A stretch of DNA of 52,696 bases from a virus (Duplodnaviria > Caudoviricetes): positions 1 through 52,696 of the IMG/VR virus record IMGVR_UViG_3300042934_001015; one strand, given 5' to 3'. This document shows, piece after piece, positions 27,258-35,479 of the stretch (position 1 is its first letter; every line of letters starts with the position of its first letter). Made by a program: the position numbers and the translations under genes. The notes under the pieces are model-generated. The model ran no database searches. It saw only the letters and a list, made by a program, of their open reading frames with translations, and was not told the DNA's origin.

Positions 27258-28760
27258 TCATTCTTCCGGAATAGTCGTTTTAGGAGGTTGTGCATATAGA
27301 GGAGAAAAACTGTCTATTGCTTGTTCCTCTTGTACCTTTTTCACCTCTACTTGGATGGCTTTTTCAGACCAATCCGGATGGATGTTTCGAATCGTTGTTT
27401 CTAAAGACTGCACACCTTTTTCATATTTTTCTCCTTCTTCTTTATCCCGTTCGCCCTCTGCCTTTGGCACCATATCTCCCCACTCGATTACAGGGTCCAC
27501 AACAGGATAATTTGTGCCGCCAAGAGCATTTTCTAAAAGGATACATTTCCGAATAGCATCTTTGATTCCTGAATCAAATTTATCTTTAATGGATTCCCCT
27601 TTTATGACTGACTGTATCCAAAGATATAAAAGTGCTATTCCGGATTCACCATTTGCCTCTTTTAGACCCACTGCTTGTGGAGAGGTTTTCGAAATGGCCA
27701 TCATGTAATCAATTAACCGCTGAACATGTTTAAATGAGCTTTCCGTTTTTGCATCCCACGTAATATACATAGGTACAGCACCGTTTTGCTCGTTGTAACT
27801 GACAACTTCTAAATCAGCATTGCGGACAAATCTTTCACCATAGTATGTTTGATTCTGCTTTGCTACTGAATCCCACAGAGCCTTTGGGATAGCCAATTTC
27901 GGTTTACCATGCTTTTCAAAAACAATGGAATCACGTGTAATAGTCCAGTTGATTTCCTCTTGGATACTATCAATGTTTCTTAGTCCGGAACGCCCTTTAG
28001 GATGCAGTAGTGTCTCATCGTTGGGGATAAATCCACACATTAACTCATTTAACTTAAGCGTTTGAGCTTCTGGAATCTCTATGCCAAATTGAGTAGCGTA
28101 ATCCTTAATATTTAATTCTTTATCGACCACATCATGCTCGAGCAAAAATACCAATTGATTAATGGCCAACTGACTATTTTCTAACCGTTGTCTTTCAACA
28201 CGAAGAAAAGTTTGTTCCCCTCGTTCCTCTTTCCATGCAAGGTCCGCTCCCAGTCCGTCTTCATGTGGAAAGTATAGGTCAGCTAGTTTCCATTCAAACC
28301 AAGTTCCAGCTTCACCGCGACGAATACGGTAAGCTACCCCACCGTCTACCTGGTGCTGAACAGTTGTGCCCCACATTGTCTCTTTAATCTTTGACCGTTT
28401 TACTATATCCGGAATGATTTCAAGCAATCCCTTATCTGTTTCGGAATCTGCAGAAATATTACCTAGAGACCGGTTAAGCAAATCAGCAGGCAATTCTGCA
28501 ATGACAGGGGCAAAATTAACCACGACATAATGATACTGAGCTAGACCTTTATTCTGGCTAGCATAGCCTTTATAATATCTTCTCCGTGCCCTGCTAATTT
28601 TGGGTTTAGTAATTTGTTGAGTTTGATTAGCCAGTTCCTGCGCACGAGGAAAAATGTTCTCATGGTTCCCATCGTACAAATCACGGTAATATTGCATATA
28701 GTCTACTTCCACATCGAATGGTGGTGGTGGGAATTTTTGTTTAAGATATTGTATCGTCAT
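27258..28760 (-). CDS. Portal protein (SPP1 gp6/A118-like)
   Basis: YRDLYDGNH, VVNFA, PND...GRS, ESGIAL, IEWGD, SLETTI. Confidence 0.9.
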   Translation of the reverse strand: MTIQYLKQKFPPPPFDVEVDYMQYYRDLYDGNHENIFPRAQELANQTQQITKPKISRARRRYYKGYASQNKGLAQYHYVVVNFAPVIAELPADLLNRSLGNISADSETDKGLLEIIPDIVKRSKIKETMWGTTVQHQVDGGVAYRIRRGEAGTWFEWKLADLYFPHEDGLGADLAWKEERGEQTFLRVERQRLENSQLAINQLVFLLEHDVVDKELNIKDYATQFGIEIPEAQTLKLNELMCGFIPNDETLLHPKGRSGLRNIDSIQEEINWTITRDSIVFEKHGKPKLAIPKALWDSVAKQNQTYYGERFVRNADLEVVSYNEQNGAVPMYITWDAKTESSFKHVQRLIDYMMAISKTSPQAVGLKEANGESGIALLYLWIQSVIKGESIKDKFDSGIKDAIRKCILLENALGGTNYPVVDPVIEWGDMVPKAEGERDKEEGEKYEKGVQSLETTIRNIHPDWSEKAIQVEVKKVQEEQAIDSFSPLYAQPPKTTIPEE

Positions 28761-28808
28761 GTCATCACCTGCCTTTCATGGGCAAAATAAAAAACGCCTA
28801 TTAAGCGT

Positions 28809-29216
28809 TTATGTGGTATAAATCTTTGTGCCGTTTGCTATAGTTGCATTTTCCCGATATGCTGCTATTAAGCCTGAAGCAATGCTCTCAATCGCTTGTT
28901 CTTCAAATATTTGATAATTATCATCGTTCCCGTAGTTGCTAATGGGTGCTAAATGAAGATGTAAAAGCTCATGTACCAAACTATTTTCCATGTCCTGCGG
29001 AACCATCGCATCTGGCGGGTAATCCATTGGATCTAAAATACTGATGGAGGCCATTTTCTTGGTAAGTACCCAATTTACACTTGCTTCTACATTTCCAGGT
29101 AAATCCCTATCTCTTTTTATCTTGGCATCAATAATCCAATCCTGTAGCCTTAGTCGTTTTTGCCATTCTTGCAGATTTTGTTCAAGTTCTTCCTGCGTTA
29201 AAATTACCTCTTCCAT
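28809..29216 (-). CDS. HExxH-motif hypothetical protein (zincin-like)
   Basis: WQKRLRLQDW...SLVHELLHLH...EEQAI; own terminator. Confidence 0.7.
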   Translation of the reverse strand: MEEVILTQEELEQNLQEWQKRLRLQDWIIDAKIKRDRDLPGNVEASVNWVLTKKMASISILDPMDYPPDAMVPQDMENSLVHELLHLHLAPISNYGNDDNYQIFEEQAIESIASGLIAAYRENATIANGTKIYTT

Positions 29217-29241
29217 GTTATTCCTCCTTTCATATTTACAG

Positions 29242-30546
29242 TTACCATCCACTCGGTCTTTGGTTCGTCCATTCTAATTGCCTGGATAAACTTGTATGGA
29301 TGGCATATCGCAATCCATCGAGGCAGTGATCGTTTTCTTTGACAGGTTTATCCTCTCCCCGTTGTTGGGCTTTTTCATCCCAAATATAGGAAGATAATTC
29401 CCGCAGAGTTTCTTTACAACTCTCATGAATGTACAATTTATCATTTTCTAGCAAGTTACTTACACTTTGAATCCCATCAAGTACAGCATTGTCAGCATGT
29501 TCTGGGTAAATCCCATCCTCCTGAAGTTGTGCAATTAGAGGAGAAGCTGACGGATCGATATAGATAGTCGCATATGTGATGTCTTTAATAAAATTCTTTA
29601 AATCCTTTGAATATGCACTAACTGTTTTTTGCCTACTCTCTTTTCGCCCGTTGTAGTAATATTCTCGCAACACATAATAAGCATCACCCTTTCGGCCAAT
29701 CAAGAGGAAAACCGTAGGGTTATTGGTTCCAAAGTCCACACCTATAATAAAGTCATCGATTCCAAAAGGCATTTCGGTAATAACATGTTTTTTTTGATTG
29801 AACATATCATAAACAATGCCCTCTGCTAGTACCCAAAGACCTAAGATATACCTCTGATAAAAAATACCTTTAAACATACGTTTATAACCATCTTTAATTT
29901 TTTGGGATAAAGATAGATTATCATCCATAGTAAAATGAATATGTAGAAGGTTCTTCTCTTTCAGTTGGTCTAGAAATTCTAGTTTAAACCAATGGTATGG
30001 GCCAGCGGGATTACAGTTAAACCAAAACTTCCTTCCTTCTACAGAACAACGAGCGATAGCCTGATTTACAAACGATTGCGGCATTAAGGCAGCTTCATCG
30101 AAGAACATCCCCCCTAAGGTAATGCCTTGGATCAAGTCCTGAGAGGATTCATCTTTCCCGCCAAAAATGTAGAAAAAGTTTGTTTTCCCTTTATATGAAA
30201 TCGTTAAAAAATTGTCTGCACGATGATCCTTTACTCTGTAACCTCTTGCTTTCAACATTCGCTTTAAGGGTGTGAGTACATTTCGACGAAAGGAGCCAAT
30301 CGTTTTACCAGCCATACCTAAGTTCACTTCATCAAAGGTATCCATTCCCCACATGACATAGGAAAGAGACATAACGACTGTTTTACCCGCACGGACCGAA
30401 CCATCACATATAATGCCATCTTTGTCTTTAACGGGTGAACCATCACGCCACCACGTTAAAACCTTTTTTTGTTTCTTAGAAAAAGGCTTAAATGCAAATG
30501 GAGCAGGTTTCTTTTTATTTATCTTCTTCGGTATGGTTATCATCAT
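29242..30546 (-). CDS. terL: Terminase large subunit (PBSX family)
   Basis: DGSVRAGKT, FDEAAL, CNP, GVDFG, IDPSA, DHCLDGLRY. Confidence 0.95.
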   Translation of the reverse strand: MMITIPKKINKKKPAPFAFKPFSKKQKKVLTWWRDGSPVKDKDGIICDGSVRAGKTVVMSLSYVMWGMDTFDEVNLGMAGKTIGSFRRNVLTPLKRMLKARGYRVKDHRADNFLTISYKGKTNFFYIFGGKDESSQDLIQGITLGGMFFDEAALMPQSFVNQAIARCSVEGRKFWFNCNPAGPYHWFKLEFLDQLKEKNLLHIHFTMDDNLSLSQKIKDGYKRMFKGIFYQRYILGLWVLAEGIVYDMFNQKKHVITEMPFGIDDFIIGVDFGTNNPTVFLLIGRKGDAYYVLREYYYNGRKESRQKTVSAYSKDLKNFIKDITYATIYIDPSASPLIAQLQEDGIYPEHADNAVLDGIQSVSNLLENDKLYIHESCKETLRELSSYIWDEKAQQRGEDKPVKENDHCLDGLRYAIHTSLSRQLEWTNQRPSGW

Positions 30547-31411
30547 CCCAAACCTCCGAAGTTACATTATTCAGCGCATCCTCAAAACCATCATCCTCAT
30601 ACTCTTCTTCCTCGTCTTTACCATGTACTTTATGGTGCGCAATCTTAAGTTTCTCTTCTTCAATCTGCCGCTTAAACTTATCTGGAAACAAATCAAAGTA
30701 TAAGGAAAGCTTGTCCAATGCCTTCATGCGGTCTTCGAGCTTTATGGAAACTCCGTCTCTCCCTTGTTTCACCTCTGAAATAATGGTCCCGTCAACAAAG
30801 CCTGAGTCTTTAAAGTCAACGTAATTTACCTCTTCCATCACTTGCTTGCCATCTTCATCTAAGACAGGTCCCATCATCCCAATGACCGGCACCCATTTTT
30901 GTCCGAAGGTTAAGAAGTCTGTGATATCCGAGAAAGCGATTTTGATGTATTTATTCAGAACATCCATGGCTTCAATATAGAGCTCGCTTGTCATGGTTTT
31001 CTTCAATCGTTTGATTTCAGCGCGGACTCTAACATTTCCCAACAACCTCGGCCCCTGAACATGAGCGGTCGCTGAAGAGTAACCTGCATTAACAGCTGCC
31101 TGTGTTGCGTTAAAGGATTTAATATAAAATAAACAAAACATCCGTTGCTTCTCTGTTAATTCTGTGTCTTCAAGAAAGTTATCCAAATCCAATTCGACAT
31201 CTGGACTTGTCGCTTTAATTATTGCATCCGACTTATAAGGGGTTGCAACCTTCTTGGTTTTGGTTGCATCCTTTTTAGTTGGATCCCTAGACCACCCTTC
31301 ACGGCTTTTCCGGCTCTTTAAAGTACCCAATTTTAGATTATATTTTTTACCAAGCGTTGCTAATGTATCGGCTGATGTCTCGTATTCATTTCTGATTTTA
31401 TCCCAGTTCAC
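30515..31411 (-). CDS. terS: Terminase small subunit
   Basis: N-terminal HTH (NWDKIRNEY...KSREGW), LTEKQRMFC...NATQAA..AGYS, DRMKALDKL; GTG start at 31411. Confidence 0.92.
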   Translation of the reverse strand: MNWDKIRNEYETSADTLATLGKKYNLKLGTLKSRKSREGWSRDPTKKDATKTKKVATPYKSDAIIKATSPDVELDLDNFLEDTELTEKQRMFCLFYIKSFNATQAAVNAGYSSATAHVQGPRLLGNVRVRAEIKRLKKTMTSELYIEAMDVLNKYIKIAFSDITDFLTFGQKWVPVIGMMGPVLDEDGKQVMEEVNYVDFKDSGFVDGTIISEVKQGRDGVSIKLEDRMKALDKLSLYFDLFPDKFKRQIEEEKLKIAHHKVHGKDEEEEYEDDGFEDALNNVTSEVWDDDNHTEEDK

Positions 31412-31552
31412 TACAACCTCACCGCCTCCGCTATTCAAAATGAAATAATTAGATATCATAGAAAAAACAAAAAAACACTCCCAGGACAGAGTGTTTATAT
31501 TCTGTATAAATTCAAACAACCTCCCTAATACTATCTTCAGGAGGTGATTGAA

Positions 31553-31639
31553 GTGCAAGTAGTAATTAATATTAAGATTGAACCAACACACTTTTACTTA
31601 ATATTATCTTTTGTTTCAGGTTTAGCTTATTATCTGTAA
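31553..31639 (+). CDS. 28-aa hydrophobic peptide, type I toxin-like (not in the ORF track)
   Basis: AGGAGGTG RBS; MQVVINIKIEPTHFYLILSFVSGLAYYL; anti-SD ACCTCC at 31519-31524; downstream 10-bp hairpin. Confidence 0.55.
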   Translation: MQVVINIKIEPTHFYLILSFVSGLAYYL

Positions 31640-31837
31640 TGAGTGGAATGCTCTAGTTTGGGCTAGGGCATTTCTCTAATATACTGTATTAGTAATACAG
31701 CTGTATTATATTTGTATTATGTCACTTTAAGTTGCTTTTAATTATTTTATTTTAACAAATGCTAAAATAAATAGTAACCATCACCTATACATCATTTGTA
31801 CGACAAAAAAGCCCTAAGGGCTTTTTAATATATTTTT

Positions 31838-32410
31838 TTAGTTATTAAATTCACTTATTTCCTCTTTAAATTCTTCTAAAGAAGTATAAAGTTGATCTAA
31901 CTCCTCATTTGATAGTGCGGATTTCATTTTTTTTAGTTCTGTTAAAACATTTCTAAATAATTCTATATATTGGTATGGTTCATCTCTAATTAGAAAGGAA
32001 CTATGGTTATTTAGAATAAATTCCAATTCTAGGAAGTTTCTATTGCCAATTTTAACGGTTTTAGGCTCTAAATTGCTCCATCCTAAAGGATTATTTTCTA
32101 TATCAATTAAATTTTGGAATTTAGCTTTATATTTAGCTACCATGTACTTTAATTTATTTATTATTTCTTCATTCACACCTTGATCTAGTAGCTCGTCAAA
32201 ATCCTCTTGATTATCAAAGTTTCTTAAACTAAAAATTAATAATCTAAAAAATTCTTCGCCACCAAGAATACTAAGACCTTTATAAAATTCATAAGGACTA
32301 AAATTTTCATTTAGAAGATATGGAATAAGATTATCCGCATCTATAAACAATTTATCTAAGTCTTTATTTTTTTTAATCAATGCCAAGCTATCTTTCAGTA
32401 TAGATTGCAT
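31838..32410 (-). CDS. Hypothetical protein, third gene of the HicAB moron
   Basis: GGAGG RBS 17 nt after the hicB stop; very AT-rich; terminator at 31805-31826. Confidence 0.75.
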   Translation of the reverse strand: MQSILKDSLALIKKNKDLDKLFIDADNLIPYLLNENFSPYEFYKGLSILGGEEFFRLLIFSLRNFDNQEDFDELLDQGVNEEIINKLKYMVAKYKAKFQNLIDIENNPLGWSNLEPKTVKIGNRNFLELEFILNNHSSFLIRDEPYQYIELFRNVLTELKKMKSALSNEELDQLYTSLEEFKEEISEFNN

Positions 32411-32427
32411 TAATAAAAACCTCCAAT

Positions 32428-33150
32428 TTACTGAATAAAATCTCTTTTATAATCTAAATAATCTGATTTATGTTTCACTTTATCAATTCTTTCGAATGAT
32501 TCATTAAAAAATTCTTTTGTATTAGTATATTTAATTTTACTTGGTTTTTTTTCACTATTAAGTAGACTAAGTATATTGGTATAAGATTGATCATATTTAT
32601 CCACATTATTATCTTGATCAGTATATTGTAGTTTCTCTAATTTATTAATAATTTGAGTTAAATAATCTTCACTTTTAGAAACACCAAAAGAAGATGATAA
32701 TAAATATAAAATTTCCTGGTTTAAGCTTATTCCGTCAATTTTAGCTTTAGAAACCAAGTCAAAATGTAGTTCTTTAGGAAGTCTTAATAATATTTTCCCT
32801 GAACAGTTTTCAATCTCATTCAGTTGGTTCGGTTTTGGAATTTCTTTACCCAGATCTGCATAAGAATACATCCATGAAATCTTTGCTTCGTCTAAATTTT
32901 TTAATGCCTCTTCCTTTGTATCTCCATGAGTTTTACATCCAGGAAGATCAGGATGCTCTGCAAGCCAGTACGGCCCTTTTTCATCCTGATCTTTAGTTAA
33001 TTTTATCGGGTAGTCTAAATTCAAATAATCTTTAACCTTTTTATACAGTTCACTATTCTCATCTACTTCAATTTCTTCGATTTCTTCATCAGATTCAAAA
33101 AAATCGATATCAATGTTTTTTAAATTGAATTTTTTCTTATTATTTTCCAT
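32428..33150 (-). CDS. hicB: HicB-family antitoxin with N- and C-terminal extensions
   Basis: WLAEHPDLPGCKTHGDTKEEAL, IPKP, SGKILLRLPKELH, GISLNQ. Confidence 0.88.
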   Translation of the reverse strand: MENNKKKFNLKNIDIDFFESDEEIEEIEVDENSELYKKVKDYLNLDYPIKLTKDQDEKGPYWLAEHPDLPGCKTHGDTKEEALKNLDEAKISWMYSYADLGKEIPKPNQLNEIENCSGKILLRLPKELHFDLVSKAKIDGISLNQEILYLLSSSFGVSKSEDYLTQIINKLEKLQYTDQDNNVDKYDQSYTNILSLLNSEKKPSKIKYTNTKEFFNESFERIDKVKHKSDYLDYKRDFIQ

Positions 33151-33421
33151 CTTCATCTTCCTCCTTATAATATCCAAGAAGACTCATTAACTCTTTCATC
33201 TCATCTATTTGATACTTTCTCAGCTCACTCCCTTTTACTAAACCAACAGGTTGTTGTGGAGCGTCTGAATGATGAAAAGTTCGATGACTAGTTCCTTTGT
33301 TTTTTGGAGGCTTACAACCAATACTTATTAAAAATCTTGCTGCTTCATCATATTTTATATCTGTAGGAACAGGTCTTCTATATAGCTTTTCCAGAAATTT
33401 ATCTAATCTACTCAAAAGCAA
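33140..33421 (-). CDS. hicA: HicA-family toxin (mRNA interferase)
   Basis: PTDIKYDE...GTSHRTF (catalytic His)...RKYQI; overlaps hicB. Confidence 0.85.
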   Translation of the reverse strand: MLLSRLDKFLEKLYRRPVPTDIKYDEAARFLISIGCKPPKNKGTSHRTFHHSDAPQQPVGLVKGSELRKYQIDEMKELMSLLGYYKEEDEDGK

Positions 33422-33428
33422 CGCACCT

Positions 33429-33476
33429 CATTTAGCATCATGAATTAATGATATTAAATATGATACTAAATGTCAA
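33429..33476 (-). promoter_or_regulatory. SigA promoter of hicAB with overlapping inverted-repeat operator
   Basis: TTGACA-17 nt-TATCAT; inverted repeat TTTAGCATCAT/ATGATACTAAA; further ATATGATATCATAT palindrome at 33497-33510. Confidence 0.7.
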
Positions 33477-33551
33477 ATCCATCCCTTTTTTGTTTTATAT
33501 GATATCATATGCGATATCATGTGAAAAAGAATAAGAAAAAATGAGCTTTTT

Positions 33552-34046
33552 TCACGAAACTAAAAAAAGGCTCTCTGATTTTCTTTGTTCAATTTTCTTT
33601 TCTGCTCTTTTCAGGTGGGATTGAACAGTGCTCTTTTTTATTCCCAATAGTTCTGCAGTATACTCGAAAGTAATTCCCTCAACCTTTATCATAAAGAAAA
33701 CATCTTGCTCCCTATCCGTTAATGTGCAAAGGGCATCATCAATCAGTTCTTTCTCAAATCTGCTGATTTCGTGCGCAATCGATTTATAAATAGGCTCAAC
33801 GGGTAAAACATCAAGTACCGCTGGATCCGTCAAATAAACACCATTCTTATCGATTCCACGCCTGGCATCTGGATTTCTTCCACTGCTTAACCATTCAAGA
33901 GCAAATTCCAAGTCACTGATCATGCCGGCAATTACTTTTTTATCATTCTCATCCTGCAGAGTCTTTTCTTCTTTTCTATCTAATTCAGCCTTCATTCTTT
34001 TGGCCTCTCTTAGGGATTTGCGATATTCTGCCATTAATATTCTCAC
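33552..34046 (-). CDS. Xpf-like sigma-type late-gene activator
   Basis: MISDLEFALEWLSSGRNP..RRG; region-4 LTDREQ...TAELLGIKKSTVQSHLKRA. Confidence 0.85.
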   Translation of the reverse strand: MRILMAEYRKSLREAKRMKAELDRKEEKTLQDENDKKVIAGMISDLEFALEWLSSGRNPDARRGIDKNGVYLTDPAVLDVLPVEPIYKSIAHEISRFEKELIDDALCTLTDREQDVFFMIKVEGITFEYTAELLGIKKSTVQSHLKRAEKKIEQRKSESLFLVS

Positions 34047-34061
34047 ATGATCAGCTCCTTT

Positions 34062-34274
34062 TTATTTTTGTCTAAGTGCGCCTTTATGGCGGTGATAGGT
34101 CGGCCTGCCTGTTCCCATGAGGTATTTCAAATCACTATCAGAAAGTTTTTCTTTTTTCTTTTCAGGTTGCTGCTGTTTTGTAACCGGCTTTTTCTCGGTG
34201 TCATTGCTTCTTGATAGAGCGGGCATATTATCTTTTTTCCAATGCATTAATTGGTCATTAAAAGATTGATTCAT
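34062..34274 (-). CDS. Hypothetical phage protein
   Basis: GAGGAG RBS; EKLSDSDLKYLMG..RPTY...GALRQ. Confidence 0.65.
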   Translation of the reverse strand: MNQSFNDQLMHWKKDNMPALSRSNDTEKKPVTKQQQPEKKKEKLSDSDLKYLMGTGRPTYHRHKGALRQK

Positions 34275-34301
34275 ACCGTCATCTCCTCGTAATGGGAAAA
34301 T

Positions 34302-34347
34302 AAAAAGAGGACACCAAACAACGCTTAATGCGTCATTCAGTGCCCTC
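34302..34347 (-). terminator. Long 18-bp hairpin with U-tract upstream of the sigma factor operon
   Basis: GAGGGCACTGAATGACGC-ATTAA-GCGTTGTTTGGTGTCCTC-TTTTT; pairing is uninterrupted using 5 G.U pairs. Confidence 0.65.
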
Positions 34348-34532
34348 CAGTTTTTGGTTAGGCTATATTTATTTGTGTATGAAATTTCTACCAGTGATAA
34401 ATAAATCACAGTGTGGTAATATACCTTTATAAGAGTGAGGGGTGCGTCTCCCTTAACAACATAATTGTAGACCAAAAGGTCAATATATTTGAACGCACGG
34501 GGAGCCTATATCATGAGTAGGCTCCTTTTTAA

Positions 34533-34721
34533 TCAATCTTCTGGATAAATAACAACCCCTGTTTTACCTTTTACTTCGAAAAGATATACAGTTTGTTCTC
34601 CTGGTACACCATCGTTTTCGATTCCTGAAATTGCTTCTTCATAATCCTTTAAAGCCTTTTCTTCATCATCGTGAAAAACCATATCTTCTGAAGCCGTGTC
34701 ATACACCATCCATTTTCCCAC
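34533..34721 (-). CDS. Small acidic hypothetical protein
   Basis: AGGAGG RBS, GTG start. Confidence 0.65.
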   Translation of the reverse strand: MGKWMVYDTASEDMVFHDDEEKALKDYEEAISGIENDGVPGEQTVYLFEVKGKTGVVIYPED

Positions 34722-34877
34722 TATATAATCCTCCTAAAATGGATATTCCCATAAACTAAGCTGTCCTTTAGCCGGTATAGGCTTGTCCAGCAACCAATTT
34801 TATTTCCTCCCTTATTGTTATCTGTTTCGAACTTCGAATAAAACACCTTATAAAGGGATTTCCCAATTTTTCCATTT

Positions 34878-34903
34878 TTCGACACGATTCGATATGATAA
34901 AAT
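34878..34903 (+). promoter_or_regulatory. 0A box plus extended -10 promoter upstream of the riboswitch
   Basis: TTCGACA (reverse complement of TGTCGAA) at 34878-34884; TGATAAAAT at 34895-34903. Confidence 0.5.
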
Positions 34904-34904
34904 A

Positions 34905-34990
34905 CCTAAATGGGCAAATTTTACGAAAGTAGAAGACGCAAAGCCTCGGGCCTAAAACATTATTGTCATGGTAGCCGGGTTGCCAGATTA
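34905..34990 (+). ncRNA. Cyclic di-GMP-I (GEMM) riboswitch
   Basis: GGGCAAA-TTTTAC-GAAA-GTAGAA-GACGCAAAGCCTCGGGCCTAA...ATGGTAGCCGGGTTGCC: P2 with GNRA loop, GCAAAG junction, P3 with receptor; G20-equivalent is G. Confidence 0.92.
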
Positions 34991-35054
34991 ATTTCTGAAA
35001 TCAGTTTAACCGCCTTTTTCTATTTGCCTAAATATAGAGAAATGGTACCAGAAT

Positions 35055-35411
35055 ATGAAAAAAATCTTAATTGTTGATGATTCACATTTTATGAGAACTT
35101 GGTTAAAGAAGATTTTAAAAGAGAGAAACAATAGCATTATTTTTTTTGAAGCCGAAAACGGATTAAGTGCTTTCCAAGTGTATAAACAAAATTCACCTGA
35201 TTTGGTATTAATGGATATTACAATGCCTAATCAAAATGGACTTGAAGCACTAAAAGAAATACTTAAATTTGATTCAAGGGCGAATATTGTCATGTGTTCT
35301 TCACTTGGACAGAAATCTTTAATTATTGATTCAATTAAAATTGGGGCTAAAGATTTTGTTGTAAAGCCAAATTTTAATAGTCTAGTATCAACCGTTAATA
35401 AATATTTATAG
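35055..35411 (+). CDS. cheY: Stand-alone CheY-like response regulator
   Basis: ILIVDDSHFMR, AENG, PDLVLMDITMP (phospho-Asp), MCSSLGQ, GAKDFVVKP; closely follows the B. subtilis CheY pattern. Confidence 0.88.
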   Translation: MKKILIVDDSHFMRTWLKKILKERNNSIIFFEAENGLSAFQVYKQNSPDLVLMDITMPNQNGLEALKEILKFDSRANIVMCSSLGQKSLIIDSIKIGAKDFVVKPNFNSLVSTVNKYL

Positions 35412-35439
35412 TGCTAAGTTATGAAGCGCTATATATGCT

Positions 35440-35466
35440 GGCACCTTAATGGGTGTCTTTTTTTTC
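35440..35466 (+). terminator. Terminator after cheY
   Basis: GGCACC-TTAATG-GGTGTC followed by T-tract. Confidence 0.7.
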
Positions 35467-35479
35467 GATAAACAATGAT

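Noticed and set aside
13497-30824. Numerous plus-strand ORFs in the track antisense to structural genes
   Set aside because: Shadow ORFs of long minus-strand genes; no RBS or recognisable domains.
31412-31591. N-terminal extension of terS
   Set aside because: The true start is probably GTG at 31411; the extension crosses a terminator and the opposite-strand peptide gene.
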